Positions 13,473-26,958 of a stretch of DNA of 64,000 nt are shown one piece after another. Positions within the stretch are counted from its first letter, which is position 1; every line of letters starts with the position of its first letter. The notes below the pieces were generated by a model. It did no database searches. It was not told the origin of the DNA and saw only the letters and a program-made list of their open reading frames with translations. The position numbers and the translations under genes were made by a program. This DNA is from Chiloscyllium plagiosum (Eukaryota): positions 2,605,498 through 2,669,497 of the forward strand of contig NC_057754.1 in NCBI RefSeq assembly GCF_004010195.1. Reading direction: 5' to 3'.

Positions 13473-14089
13473 GTGAGTACTGAGCTGGGTGACCTCACTT
13501 TCACTCACTTGCCCTTTTTGATTGTCATCCTCTGCTGTGGTCAGCAGAACTTGTGTTTGATCTCATGCTTTTCCCAGTTGGTGGTTGATTCTTTTTGGGA
13601 TTTGGCTGGGCCAGCATTTATTGGATATTCCTGACTACCCCTTGAGAAGGTGGTGGGGAGTTGTTGTCTTTAACCGTTGCAGTTCTTGGGTACACCCATG
13701 GTGCTATTCAGGAGGGAGATCCAGGAGTTTGACCCAGAGGCACTGAAGGAACAGCCAGTATATTTCCAAGTTGGGGCGGTGTGTGGCTTGGAGGGGAACT
13801 TGCAGGGGGTGGCGTTCCCATGAATCTGCTGCCCTTGTCCTTCAACATAGAAAATATGGGTTTGGAATGTTCTGAGAGGCTGCAGTGCGTCTTGTAGATC
13901 AAGCACAGTTCTGTGACAAGTAATGGAGGGTGTGTGACTGTGGAAGGTTGACAATTACGTTCCAATCAAGGATGCTGCTTTGTCGTGGATGATGTCAAAC
14001 TGCTCGAGTGTTGAAACTGCACCCAGCCAGGCACCTGAGGAGTATTCCATCGCACTTCGAACTTGTGCCGTATAGATGGTCGACAGGCT

Positions 14090-14920
14090 TCCGAGCTGGG
14101 AATTTGGTTTGCAGACATTTTGTCCCCTTTCTAGGTGACGCCCTCCGTGTCATGGAGCCTCCTGTGAAGCACTGCTGTACTGTTTCAGTTGGAATTTATT
14201 TGGTTTCATTCCCGCTGCTTCGGATGCTGGTTCCAGTTGTATGTTGCAGTGGTCGGTATATTAGCTCTAGGTCAATGTTATTGATGGAGTCCGTCGATGA
14301 GTACCAAGCTTCTAGGAATTCTCTGACTCTCTTCTGTTTGGCCTGTCCTACTGTTGTGTTGTCCCAGTCGAATTTATGGATTGTGGCTGTGTGTACCCGC
14401 ACCTGTGTGTCTGTGTATAGCTACAAGGGACAGCTGGTCTTGGCATTTAGTGGCTAGTTGATGTTCACGAATGTGGATGGCTAGTTGTCGGCCTGTTTGT
14501 CCTAGATAGTGTTTTGTGCAGTCCCTGCATGGAATCTAGTACACCATGCGTGTCTCGCACACGATGGGTATTGGGTCTTTTGTTCTGGTGAGTTGTTGCT
14601 GAGCTATCGGTTTATTTGCTGTCGTAAATCCGAGTGGTCGGAGGAGTCTGGCTGTCAGTTCAGAGGTGTTGTTTACACCAGGCAGAGTAGTTAGTGTGTT
14701 GGGCCAAAACCGCTGGCAGCAGTAACGAGAAACAGTGGGAATGAAACCAACTAAGTTCCAACTCACACAGTATCGCAGCGCTTCACAGGAGGCTCCACGG
14801 CACTGAGCAGGTCGCCGAGAAAGGGGGATGAACGATCTGCAAACCAACTTCCCAGCTCAGTGAACAAGCCCACAACATCTGCAACCGGCAGCTGAACTAC
14901 AAATCTTCACACAAACCTTG
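14090..14920 (-). mobile_element. Penelope-like fragment with degenerate GIY-YIG C-terminus and an inverted terminal copy
   Basis: Minus-strand translation HKFDWDNTT...REFLEAWYSSTDSIN...IYRPL; 14093-14175 is inverted at ~14775-14860. Confidence 0.8.
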
Positions 14921-15554
14921 GGCTTCAGGATGTCATGAGGTCAAAGCTGCTAGAGCACAGAAGCCCACTCCACCCAGAGTCCACCTTGTGAGGCAGTGAG
15001 TTGTCCCTCGCTGCATTTCTTAAAATCTGTTGTTTCTCTTATTCGGGTTTCTGCAACACCTGAAATCTGTGTTCCTGAGACAGAGTTCCATCGGTCAATG
15101 GGAACAGCTTTGCTTTATCTACTTTATCTAATCCTGCCCTATTCTTGATGAGCTCTCCTCTCAATCTACTTTCAGTCCATGGCAAACAGTCCCAACTACT
15201 CCACCAGCCCTGGAACCATTTTCATGAACACCCCCTGCATCCTTGCTGAAATGCAGTGACCGCAACTGGGCATGATGCTGTAGTTGGTGCCTAGCTGAAA
15301 CTTGATACTTGTTCAGAATATCCTCCCTGTCTTTGACAATACCCAGTACATATTCCTAATGTCTCTCACAGTTGGACCTGTCACCCTTTGTTGTACTGCT
15401 AAAGATATATTGGCAGTGTCAGTCACTCTGTATCACTGGAGCCGTGAAGGTCTGCAGTCGCTCACTCTGTCTATCTCCTGCTGGTGTATACTGCTGCACT
15501 GAGTCACTTGTGATGTCCTAAGCCCCCATAACACCTTCTGTCTGTTTCCGGCAG

Positions 15555-15671
15555 GTACCCCGATGCCAGCCTAGAGGAGCTCCAGCAAACCGACAACGTC
15601 TGCATCATTTGCCGTGAGGAGATGGTAACTGGAGCCAAACGCCTACCGTGTAACCACATCTTCCACACCAG
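15555..15671 (+). CDS. SYVN1: SYVN1 coding exon, RING-H2 first half (YPDAS...CIICREEMVTGAKRLPCNHIFHT)
   Basis: ggcag|G...AG|gtgagt; 117 nt. Confidence 0.97.
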
Positions 15672-16870
15672 GTGAGTATCGCCAATCTCCAATGTCCCCT
15701 CCATATCCCAGGGCCTGAGCGGGTTTGAAAATAATGAACTAGACCATCGAGTCGGTAGATTAACATCAAAATGAAGTTTAATTTTTTAAAAATTTACCTT
15801 TGGAGCAGATGTTTCTCATTCAGCCACCCACCCATCTACCTGTGTAGGTCAAGGTTAAAGATCCAGTGATGAAATAGAGTGGAGAGATCCCAATAGGTTT
15901 CCAGTTGACAATTGTTCGCCTAATCAATTCTAGACACTCCCACACAGAGCAAAATATAAAATTCTTCAAAACAGATGACTCAATTCTCTGGTGCTATTAT
16001 GGAATTGCTGGATAGGGTGAGGGATTGGATCTGATTGGGCAGTGGGGTAGGCTTGAGGGGCCAAATGGCCTGCTGCTGCTACTTTTCTTGCCTTTAGCTA
16101 CTTATTTTCCTGTCCATCTCGTGCTGTGTCCCATTGACACCAACAGTTCACCCCCTGTGATCTTGTCTTTTTGTCAAGTGATGGATGTTAGTGTGAAATT
16201 CGATCCTGTGGAGACTTGTAGCCCTGACCTGATCTTTCCTTCCTGCGTGTCTCCACTTGTCTGCAGGTAGTGCTGTGATGCCGGACTTGTGTGACTAGCT
16301 CACTGTTTGTTCCTTGGCCCATTGAAATTGCTCACGTTGCCATGTGCCTCCATCCCTCCATGGTAGAGCTTTTCCCTCTCTGGGTTGCAGGTTCAGGGTT
16401 CACTCAGAGGTTTGCATGACTCCTCCAGCCTTTCGCTCCATGTCTTTTGGGTGAAACTCTAAACCCAGTTTTGATCTGATCCCCTCGGGTGGCTGTTAAG
16501 AAAACACCCTTCCACTTTTTAATATTTAAAAAAAATTTGGGCGTCCAGAGCCCAATATTTCTCTTATCAATATCACCCATTGGGGGACTGAGGAGTCATG
16601 ATGACTATTCATCTGTAAATGGCATCTTGCTAGCCTGCTCTGCCTCCCTCCAGCACAGCCCCAAACCAGTTCTGGTTGCGAGTCCGTTCTGCCAGGAATC
16701 TCTGCTTTGACTCCCACTTTAATGTGACGGGAAGCCTGCCAAACTGACAGGCCCTGGGTCAGGTGGTGTGTGTGGTGCTGCCGCTGCATGGACCTGTCCG
16801 TTTTCCTCGCCTGCTAGCTAGTAACTGCTTTCTTTCTTTTTTTTTCCTTCTTTTTCGTTCCCTCCTGCAG

Positions 16871-17019
16871 TTGCCTCCGTTCGTGGTTCCAGCGGCAGCA
16901 GACGTGCCCCACGTGTCGCATGGACGTGCTGCGAGTCACACTCCCCACCCAGACGCCGCCGCCGCAGCCGCCTCAGCCGCAGGTGCCACAGACCCCCCTG
17001 GTCCCCCAGCAACCCAATC
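16871..17019 (+). CDS. SYVN1: SYVN1 coding exon, RING-H2 second half (CLRSWFQRQQTCPTCRMDVLR...PQQPN)
   Basis: tgcag|T...AATC|gtgagt; 149 nt. Confidence 0.96.
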
Positions 17020-18069
17020 GTGAGTCGCAACCTGAATCTGTCCACTCCCCAGCTTCCCTCCTTTCTCTCTCTTCCCCCCCGCCCCACCCTGCCTTGCCAA
17101 TGCTTTCCTATCCACAACCAGTAAGCTTTGCTATACTGCTACCCCAGGGTGGGTATACCGGCCTTGGAGCCTGAAGAAAACTGGCACTAAATTATTTGCT
17201 GTTTCTTTTTTTAAAAAAAAACACCGAAACAAATGAACAGAATGGCTGACTTCTGCACTGTAGCAATTGTGAATTCTGCGATAATTTGAGCATGTGTTGA
17301 CCCTAGATATAGGAGCTTAAAGGCACCATTAGATTTGAGGTGTTAAGGATGATTGAAGGATCCACAGGGAAGCTATTTCCTCTGGTGTCTGGGGTGCACA
17401 GAAAGATCCCAGAGCAAAGGGGGCAGCACTTTTGTTTAAAAGTCCAAGCCAAACCATTCAGGGGAGAAAATGTTGATGCCGAGCGGTGAGTTACTGAAAA
17501 TGTCAAACTGGCGATCAATCCGTTTACTATCTCCTGCTTTAAAGAAGGTAACTTCAAGTGAATGACATTAGATCAGTTAGGTCCAGGAGAATTGGTTTTC
17601 TGGGGTGCTTTGTGAATAGGCTGGTAAGAGCACGTTCAACAGGGGATTTCCAAAGGGAAATAGGTAAGTTCTTAAGGGAAAAATCTGCAAGTCTGTAGCG
17701 TTTGTTGGCCAGTTCAACATGCCTTTAAGCTGTGTCTTACTCCGACCTCTCAAGGAGCAGTTAACAGCCTGCACTGCTCTGGGTCGAGAGTCACATGGGG
17801 GTGGACGGCCGATTTCCTTCCATAAAGGTTTTTTGTGAACCACAATAGATTTTTACAAACATTGACAGAGGCTATGTGATTGCCATTAGGCTAACTTTAT
17901 TTTTATTCCAAGTTTCCAGTTAATTTAAATTACCGTCTTTGCCAAAGAATTCCTATCCATTGAGCAGTTAATCACTTTTATTCACCCTTTAATAAAAATC
18001 ACATTTGGCTGTGTAGGTTTTGTATTGCTTGGCAGAACGTGACTGTCTGAAGCAGCTTCAGTGCAGTAC

Positions 18070-18368
18070 ACTGGCTGAGTGGTTAGCACTGTTGCCTCCC
18101 AGCGCCAGGGACCCTCGGCCAATTCCAGTCTCTGGCATCTACCTGTCTGTCATTTGCACATTGTCCCTGTGTCTGCATGGGTTTCCTCCGGGTGCTCCAG
18201 TTTCTTCCCAATTCGAATATTAGGTGGATTGGCCGTGCAAAGTTGCCCGTTGTCTCCAGGGATGTGCAGGCTATGTAAATCAGCCATGGGAAATGCAGGG
18301 TTACAGGGAAACGGTAGGGGGTCTCGACAGGCTGAATGGCCTGCTTCCACACTGTAGAGATTCTATGA
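18070..18368 (+). mobile_element. HE1-type SINE (diverged)
   Basis: Same head, core and tail motifs as the other copies. Confidence 0.8.
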
Positions 18369-18909
18369 ACCATCGAGACATCTCCGGGAAGGTGGAATGC
18401 ATTGGAGTAATTGGGGCAGTTGAGTAAGAGCTGTTCTCGAAGGATGCTCTGGAAGGGAGCTCAGCAGTCGGGGAACAACTGAGGTGCTTGAAATGGGAAG
18501 GGCTGGAAACTTTGCCATCATCGTGAGCTCAGAATCTGAAACACACCACACTGATTGCACTATATAGCAGCAGTCCGTAACAGCTTGAGTTTATATTGCC
18601 CCTTTTTCCTAAAGTGTCATCCATAAATGACATGTTTCAGTAAGTCCGGTCTCTTGTATGTAAGCTCCCTGTAGTCAGCAGTGAGATAAGTAACCTATTG
18701 ACATCCATAATTCAGTGCCAGCTTGCTTAAACAATAGAACGATTACAGCATCAGCTGACCAGGACAGTGGGAATAATCCCCTCCAAAGTAAAGGCCTTTC
18801 TATGCCCCCCGTACAACATTTAAAAGACATTGGACAGGTACGTGGTCCCAATACAGGCAAATAGGACTGCTTCTGATTCTGATCAGCCTGCTATAGGACA
18901 GGGTTAGGG

Positions 18910-19390
18910 TTCAGAAAAGATTTATAAGGATATTGCCAGGGTTGGAGGGCTTGAGCTATAGGACAAGGCTGAACAGGCTGGGGCTATATTCCCTGGAGCA
19001 TCGGAGGCTGAGGGGTGACCTTGTCAGGGTTTATAAAATCATGAGGGGCATGGATAGGCTGAATAGCCAAGGACTTTTTTTTTTCCCCAGAAGAGGGGAG
19101 TCCAAAACTAGAGGGGCATAGGTTTACAGCGAGAGGGGAAAAATTTAAAAGCAACCTGAGGGGCAACTTTCTCATGCAGTGCGTTTGTGGAATGAGCTGC
19201 CAGAGGAAGTGGTGGAGGTTGCTACAATGACAACATTTAAAAGGCATCTGGTGGGGCACGTGAATAGAAAGGGTTTGGAGGGATATGGGCCAAATGCTGG
19301 CAAATGGGACTAGATTAATTTAGGATATCTGGTCAGCTCGGACGAGTTGGACCAAAGGATCTGTTTCCATGCTTTATGATTCTGACTCTG
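18910..19390 (+). mobile_element. CR1/HER1-type LINE 3' fragment
   Basis: LGLYSLEHRRLRGDLVRVYKIMRG plus 3' tail. Confidence 0.88.
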
Positions 19391-19407
19391 GTCAAGTGTT
19401 TTAGTAA

Positions 19408-19501
19408 AGTCAGATGAGGGGGGAGCGGAGGTAAATGAGTCAGATGAGGGGGGAGCGGAGGTAAATGAGTCAGATGAGGAGGGAGCGGAGGTAAATGAGT
19501 C
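19408..19501 (+). repeat. 30-bp tandem repeat x3 (agtcagatgaggggggagcggaggtaaatg)
   Basis: Three near-identical units. Confidence 0.9.
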
Positions 19502-19837
19502 TGGGTGGGTTACTCTTTGGAGGGCTCAGTGTGGACTTGGGCTGAAGGCCTACTTCTTCAAGGTGGAAGTATAAACCTGGAATGTGAATCACCTGGAGCG
19601 AGTTTTAATTCTATAAATTCTTACTTTAAGGCTAGTCTTGCTGCTGGGGACCTTTGCAAAACTGGTGAACTGGGAGGGGGGTCAACTGCATGTATTGGGG
19701 AACAACTTGCAGCGAGAATATGGGAGAGGCAGGACTGTACTTCGTGGTCCCCCTACAGGGCTTTGTGTGTTGCTGAGTCGTACACATTCACGCTGTGTGG
19801 TGTGCCTGGTCCTCACTGCTGCTGTTCCTTTTCCCAG

Positions 19838-19987
19838 TGCCTCCAGGGATGCCGCCCTTTCCGCCAGGAATGTTCCCCTTCTGGCCGCCCATGGGCCAGC
19901 ACCTCTTCCCGCAGGCTCCTGGTGCAGCTCCGAATGTGCCACAATCAAACACGTCAGCTCCTGCTGGTGCAGAGGGCCAGGCAAGCG
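19838..19987 (+). CDS. SYVN1: SYVN1 coding exon, Pro-rich (PPGMPPFPPGMFPFWPPMG...)
   Basis: cccag|TG...AGCG|gtaagt; 150 nt; matches the PPFPPGMFPxWPPMG motif. Confidence 0.93.
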
Positions 19988-21920
19988 GTAAGTGGTAACG
20001 TGTGAGGTGGTGGGAAATGGGAGAAACGTGAAGCAACAACATTGTTTTGGAAACCAAAACAAAAAATAAATAAAAACGACAATCAGCCTACCCACAGTAA
20101 CAGAGGAAGCAGTTTGTACGGTCCCAGGCTCCCACCAATGAGGTGACATTTGGGTCACCTGTGTTTGACGGTTGCATATTAGGAAAGCGACTGGGGCAGG
20201 TTCTGGAGGGGCTTGAACAGGGTAGACATTGGCAGTCGGGGAATCTAGAGCACAGATTCTGGCTAACAGGCCGATCACTTGGGACTGAGATGAGGAGGAA
20301 TTATTTCTGTGAAAGGGTGACGAGTCTTTGGAATTCTCTACCCCAGAGGGTTGTGGAATCTCCATTGATTACATGCGCTGGTGAGTGAGGCGTTTTTAAA
20401 TGTCAGTGATTGAGGAAAAATGGAGTTGAAGGTCAAGATCACATGACCGTATTGAAAGATCGACTAATATTTCTACTTCTCCTGGCACATGTGTTCTCTT
20501 CTTGCCTCCATGCAGTGGCTGTGGAATCCATGGCCACCAAGACCTCTGTTTAGCCTCCCATCTGAAGGACAGCAATAGCCTCCAACTTCAGGTCAGCTTG
20601 GGTTTGTGCTCGGGTGTCAGTGGAGTTGGCACTTGTGGGCCCCAAAGCGTGTGCTTGCTGGTCAGTATGTTGTGTGTGGTAGTGATCTGGTTGGCCCATG
20701 ACCTCACAGAGGAGCACGGCATCCAGTGTGATGTCACTGGCAAGCCAGGTCACAGACTCAAGACTGTGAAAGAGAAAGGAGGGTGGGGGTGAAGTGTTCC
20801 TCAGTCACCTCTGACCCGTTGATGGAATCCAGCAAGAGTGCCCATCGCCATAGCAAGCGAAGGGAGAAGGCGGTCATCAAGCTGAGGAGTTACTCGGAAT
20901 TGCAATGCCGTGGTGAGGGAAAGAGAGAGTTCTCTCCAGCTAGAGTTTACAGAGGGGGAAGGAGAAATAGGCCACTTCTGAAGTAACTCCTCCCTCCATG
21001 CCAGTCCCCCGGCAGGGCAGCTCCTCCCTCCATGCCAGCTGTGGGAATGTCAGCCCCATGTTTCAGCCCTGGTGGGTTGAAGACCTGAACACACTCAAAG
21101 TTCTGACTCTGGGTTGAGTGAACCCCACTGAATCCAAGGCTGACATCTGGTGTCGATGTGCAAGAGTGAAATCCCAACTCCAGGCCCAGTGTCTGGAATG
21201 AGCAAGGGAATGCAATTCCCCCTCAGCACTGATTAGGGGTGTGGCGGGTTGCCAGTGGGAGCCCGTTTCTCACTAACGTCACCCATCCCAGCAACTCTGG
21301 CAAGCAACTGAGCTTTTAACAGTTGATCCACGGAGAGCATTCAAAGCAGAGTGTGGTATGGGAGAAAATGAGCAGTGACGTGGAGTGATTTCTAAAAGCT
21401 GTGTGTTCACCATAGTGTATTCTTAGATGAGGAAATAGGTGGAATAAACCTTTTTTAAGGTGGTGTCCTGACTGAGCTCCGTTGGCAAACAACTAGTTCA
21501 TAATCCCCCTGTTTGAGCTTCTACATTGTTGACCCAGGAAGGCCCAGAGATCAGTTTGTTCTGGATAGGGACATGTGGGGGGGGACAAGAATGGAATGTA
21601 ATGATCCCGGAGATTATAGCATTAGCACCACTGTCACCATGTTTACTCCAATTCCCAGCTAGCCCTGTCCAATCAGGAGTGCAGATATTAAGTCTTTGTC
21701 TGTCCCAAAGTATTTGGCTGGCACTCAGTTACTTTACTTTTGAGTATAGGGAAGGTACAGAAGACAAGCCTGCCTGATTTTTAAGCACTCTGAACCGCAC
21801 TGCTATTTGTTAGTCTCTTCTGAAATGCCTCTTACTTCCCAACAACCCCAATGAGCCTTTGCATTAATATACTTGTTCTGTTTCTCTCCCCATTTCTCCT
21901 TCCCCCTCTGTAAACTCTAG

Positions 21921-22061
21921 CTGGTGAAGAATCCCGGAGCACTGAGACCATGTCGGGGACTGGATTGGAGACGCCCGGTGCTGGATCAATCCCAGGATTT
22001 CCCTTCTCCTTCCCTCCCTTCCCGTCGGCTCCTTGGGTGGGAATGCCCCCCCCTCCGTTTG
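21921..22061 (+). CDS. SYVN1: SYVN1 coding exon (GEESRST...PGFPFSFPPFPSAPWVGMPPPPF)
   Basis: tctag|CT...TTTG|gtaagt; 141 nt; phases fit both neighbours. Confidence 0.9.
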
Positions 22062-22834
22062 GTAAGTGTAAGGCATGCGCTGTGATGGTTTGATGTACGT
22101 GCTCGTGAGTAACTCCAGTCTCCCATTATTGCAGCTGCTTTGGGTTTAGCACGCTGACTCTGTCCCAGTCTGCAGCTATACTGTGCTACAGACCGGCCTG
22201 TTGCTCTTAAAGGATTACCTTCACAGTGATACATGGCACAGAACAGAGTGTCAGTTTGGTCAGATCAAATTGAGCACCACTTGCAGTCAGACTTGTGCTG
22301 GTGAGGAGAATTGACTTGTTCAATTCCAGACCATAAACACTCTCCTCCATTCTTTTGCAACCCTTCCTTTTCTCCGTGATGTCTTATTTGAATGGGTCTG
22401 TTGTCTGCAAAGGTACTGTGCTGTCTGTTCTTACTGCTATCATTAACACCTACTTCTGCATCTATATCACTCTTCTACCACCATTAGTACTCCTTTTGTT
22501 TTTTATTCTTTTGCTTTGGGTACCCTCACTATCTTCGTTTCATCTCCTCTTGCTTCCCCTTTACCAATAGCATGAGAACCATCATTTTCCAGTTCCCTTC
22601 ATTTCTGATGTAGAGCCAGATTAAATTGGACTTGAAAAGTTACCTCTGGTTTTTCTCTGCATAACTGTCTGACCTGAGTTTCTCTAGTGCTTTATTTTTA
22701 TTTCAGCTTTGCAGTATTTGTCTCTATTTGTTTGTAGATACTCAGCTTTGAGTTGGCACCCATGGAGTAGCACTTTCTGTGGGATATGAGCTACAGCTGC
22801 TCTTATTTTTTTTTTTGCCCCTCGTTCTTTTCAG

Positions 22835-23021
22835 GAATGCCTCCGATGCCGATGCCACCATCTGGCTTTGCCGGATTGACAGACGAGGAGCTCCGAGCGA
22901 TGGAGGGTCAGGAGCGTCAGAACCTGGAAGCACGGCTCCAGTGTCTTCAAAACATTCACACACTGCTGGATGCAGCCATGGTGCAGATCCATCAATACCT
23001 CTCTGTTGTCGCTACTCTCAG
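22835..23021 (+). CDS. SYVN1: SYVN1 coding exon (MPPMPMPPSGFAGLTDEELRAMEGQERQNLEARLQCL...)
   Basis: ttcag|GA...TCAG|gtaggc; 187 nt. Confidence 0.96.
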
Positions 23022-23234
23022 GTAGGCTGGGCCACCGTATCGCAGGGCCTAGTATTGAATAAGGCTTGGGCAGACTCACCCAGTTTAAGTCAAATGTGTG
23101 CAGTGTCTCGCAGCCCCTCTGCTGGTCCAGACTTACTGAATTCTGATGATTGAATTCAAGTCTGATCCCTCTGACCATGCAGTGCAGTAAAAACCTTGCA
23201 GCACCAAGGAAAGCTGCCTTCAAATTCATTGACA

Positions 23235-23920
23235 TGATGTGGGCATCGCTGGCTAGGCCAGCATTTATTACCCATCCCTAATTGCCCAGAAGGCAGTTGA
23301 GTCAGCCCTGTTGCTGTGGGTCTGGAGTCTCATATTGGCCCGACCAGATGGGGATGGTGTTTACCTTCCCTAAAAGACATTAGTGAACCAGATGGTTTTT
23401 TCCTAGCTATGGGTAATGGATTCATGGTCACCATTAGACATAATTCCAGATTCTTTTCTAATTAAATTTAGATTAGCAAGTTTTGAGAAGATTTGTAGCT
23501 CCGGTCGAGCTTCTGGACGTAGGTTTGCTCGCTGAACTGGAAGGTTCGTTTTCAGACGTTTCGTCACCATACTAGGTAACATCTTCAGTGAGCCTCCAGA
23601 CGAAGCATTGCTGGTGTTTCCTGCTTGCTATTTATATTCACCACAGGAAATGACCTCATCAGCCCAAGGAAACACAAGCTTATAAATGGAAAGCAGGAAA
23701 CACAAGCTGTGCTTCGCTGGACACTCATTTAAGATATTACCTAGTGTGGTGACGAAACATCTGAAAATGGACCTTCCAGTTCAGCAAGCAAACCTACATC
23801 CTGAATTTAAATTCCACCATCTTCTACAAGAGGATTCTAACCCAAATCTCCGGAACACGACCCAAGTCTCTGGATTAAAAGTCTCGCGATTTAATACCAG
23901 ACTTCTATTGCCTTGTTCCT
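23235..23920 (-). mobile_element. DeuSINE/SacSINE-like element (interrupted by a PLE)
   Basis: Reverse-complement similarity to the + copy at 57575-57870 (aatgctggcctag, ccatctggttcact, gatggtg..aattt). Confidence 0.6.
23475..23801. mobile_element. Palindromic Penelope-derived element nested in a SINE; hammerhead core at 23555-23588 (-)
   Basis: Inverted arms; minus strand reads tca-CTGAAGA-t-gttacc-tagtat-ggtgac-GAAACGTC-tga. Confidence 0.8.
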
Positions 23921-24149
23921 TTACCAGCCCCTTCCCCCGTGAGACCGTCACAAATATCTCCCAGAAGCAAGGTCACCTTTGGCACCCTCGATAGCTACAC
24001 AGCACAGTCTAATTGTCAAAGATTATAACTGGCTGGATTTTAAAAGTGACCAAGTGATTACGTTCTGGATCTATTGCAGGGAGGGGGACCTCATTAAGAG
24101 TTAAATGTAGATTTTCAAATGCACCCTGTCATTACTGTCCTCTATCTAG

Positions 24150-24301
24150 TCCGCCCAGACCAACGGCAACTACCAGCTCAGCACCAAGCACAGAGTCAAC
24201 GGATCCAACGTCTGGATCACAGGTGGATTCCACTGGAGACTCCCCTCCTCCTGCTTTCGACAGCACCTCTGCACAATCTCCCTTGCAACCTGAAGAAATA
24301 G
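24150..24301 (+). CDS. SYVN1: SYVN1 coding exon (PPRPTATTSSAPST...EEI)
   Basis: tctag|T...ATAG|gtacca; 152 nt; PPRP start and phase fit. Confidence 0.88.
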
Positions 24302-25164
24302 GTACCAGTTTCTACTGGATCTGTTTGCTGGCATGGGGGGGAGCCAGTCAGTTTGGTCTCCGAGAAGCTGACCAACTTGCTTCATGGTAGGGCTTTGGGG
24401 GGTGGTAGGTGGTGGATAGGTTAATAAGTTCTGATGCGGGACTGTCTGAGCTCTGAGCTGGCATTTTTCACGTTTGTCTTTCCAAGCGGGAGGCCAAGGG
24501 GAAGGTTTAAGAGGTTTGAAAATAGGAAGAAAGAAGCCAATTGGACTTCACGCCACAAAGTTAAGGGGAAATGCAAGGCATTATTGATGTTTGGAACGCA
24601 AGTGTGTTCAAGTCAAAAGACTGAATTACAAGAGCGTTTTGCAAAACCTCTACTGTTATTGGGTGTGAAGGTTTCTTGTTGAGATATTCTGAGGTTTTGT
24701 TTGGTTTTGAAGCTTTTGTGACCTTCACACATGATCTCCTGCTGTTATCACATCATTCTCCACACACAGTACACTTCAACAATAAATAATGCACAGGAAT
24801 GTAGCATCACACTACTTTGCTTTGTGCATCAGAGAGAAATTTACCAATGAGGATTCTTTCCGGGAACAAGCAGGGTTAATCCTCGGTCGTGGAAGCACAA
24901 GGAATTTTCTAACGTGTTAGTAGACCGTTCAGCCCATCTGCTGCTCGCTAGTGTTTCTACTCCACACCAGCTCCCTTCCACCCCATCTTGTCATCTCACT
25001 GTAAAACAGTCACAGGAGGGTGCAGAGATTCAACAGAAGCTTGTAGCACAAAAGACAAAAAGCCAAAAGAAGCAAACTGAGTAATTTCTAATTCTAGAAA
25101 GTCATTTGAAAAACAACTTCAACATTCAGCAGAATAAAGTTTCAATCTATTCCCAATGCCATCA

Positions 25165-26400
25165 GTAGAGTCAGATGTACAGCACAGAAACCGATCCTTC
25201 GGTCCAACTCATCCTTGCTGACCAGATATCCCAACCCAATATCGTCCCATTTGCCAGCACTTGGTCCATATCCCTCTCAACCCTTCCTATTCATATACCC
25301 ATCCAGATTCCCTTTAAATGTTGTAATTGTTCAAAGTTTGTCCGAAGATTTGTAGCTCGGGTGCTCGTTGTTGTGGTTCTGTTCGCCGAGCTGGAAGTTT
25401 TTGTTGCAAACGTTTCGTCCCCTGGCTAGGCGACATCATCAGTGCTTGGGAGCCTCCTGCGAAGCGCTTCTTTGATGTTTCCTCCGGTGTTTATAGTGGT
25501 CTGTCCCTGCCGCTTCCGATTGTCAGTTTCAGCTGTCCGCTGTAGTGGTTGGTATATTGGGTCCAGGTCGATGTGTTTGTTGATGTAATTGTACCAGCCT
25601 CCACCCCACTTCATCTGGCAGCTCATTCCATACACACTGAACTCTGTGAAAAGGTTTCCCCTTAGGTCCCTTTTAAATCTTTCCCCTCTCGCCCTAAACC
25701 TATGCCCTCTAGTTCTGGACTCCCACACCCCAGGGAAATGACTTTGTCTATTTACCTTATCCATGCCCCTCATGATTTTATAAACCTCCATAAGGTCACC
25801 CCTTCAGCCTCTGACACTCCCGGGAAAACAGCCCCAGCCTGGGTCACCCTTCAGCCTCCGATTCTCCAGGGAAAACAGCCTCAGCCTCTCCCTACAGCTC
25901 AAACCCTCCAACCCTGGCAACATCCTTGTAAATCTTTTTTGAACCCTTTCAAGTTTCACAACATCCTTTTGATAGGAAGGAGACAAGCATTGCATGCAAT
26001 ATTCCAAAAGTGGCCTAACCAATGTCCTGTACAGCTGCAACATGACCTCCCAACTCCTGTACTCAATACTCTGACCAATAAAGGAAAGCATACCAAATGC
26101 CACGTTGACTATCCTATGTATCTGTGACTCAACTTTCAAGAAGCTATGAACCTGCACTCCAAGGTCTGTTTTCAGCAACACTCCTTATGACCTTACCATT
26201 AAATGCATAAGTCCTGATCAGATTGGTTTTCTCAAAGTGCAGCATCTCACATTTATCTAAATTTAAACTCCATCCGCCGTTCCTCAGCCCATTGGCCCAT
26301 TTGATCAAGATCCCGTTGTAATCTTCTTCACTGTCCACTACGCCTCCAATTTTGGTGTCATCTGCAAACTGACTAACTATATCTCCTATGTTCACATCCA
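25165..26400 (-). mobile_element. CR1/HER1-type LINE 3' fragment (hosts a PLE insertion)
   Basis: [24 protein letters not shown] and tail motifs on the minus strand. Confidence 0.88.
25331..25583 (-). mobile_element. Penelope-like tail inserted in a CR1 LINE tail; hammerhead core at 25408-25442 (-)
   Basis: TSD tgtaattgt (25322-25330 / 25584-25592); minus strand reads gca-CTGATGA-t-gtcgcct-agcc-aggggac-GAAACGTT-tgc. Confidence 0.82.
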
Positions 26401-26664
26401 AAACTGCAATTTAAAATCCAAAGAATACCTCAATATGAAGTTTGATTTCTCCCCAGTTTCTGACATCTGACCTGTGAACTCATCTTGCATGAATAGCCTC
26501 AAGATTGAGAGCTCAAACTCTCTCCAGCTTCTAATAACCAAACACTTCTGGTGTGGAAGTTCCACAAACTAAACTTTGCTTTTCCATACTGAAGTAATTC
26601 TGCTTGTCCTGTACAGTCCTGCACATGTCTCTTGCAGAATACAAAGCTTGCTTCTGATCCAAGG

Positions 26665-26958
26665 GGAAAGTGAGGACTGCAGATGAGAATCAAGAGTGTG
26701 GCACTGAGAGAGCACAGCAGGCCAGGCAGCATCTGAGGTGCAGTAGAATCGACGTATTGGGCATATTCCTTTCATCAGGAATGAGGCTTGTGGGCTGAGA
26801 GATAATTGGGATAAACTCCCATTTATCTCTCAGCCCCCTGGCCAAAAAGCCTAATTCCTGATGATGGACTTTTGCCCGAAACATCGATTCTCCTGTACCT
26901 CGAATGCTGCCTGGCCTGCTGTGCTCTCTCAACACCGCGCTCTCTTGCTTCTGATCCA
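26665..26958. mobile_element. Palindromic Penelope-tail element (hammerhead-like core at 26858-26886)
   Basis: Arms gagagcacagcaggccaggcagcat... / ...atgctgcctggcctgctgtgctctc. Confidence 0.75.
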
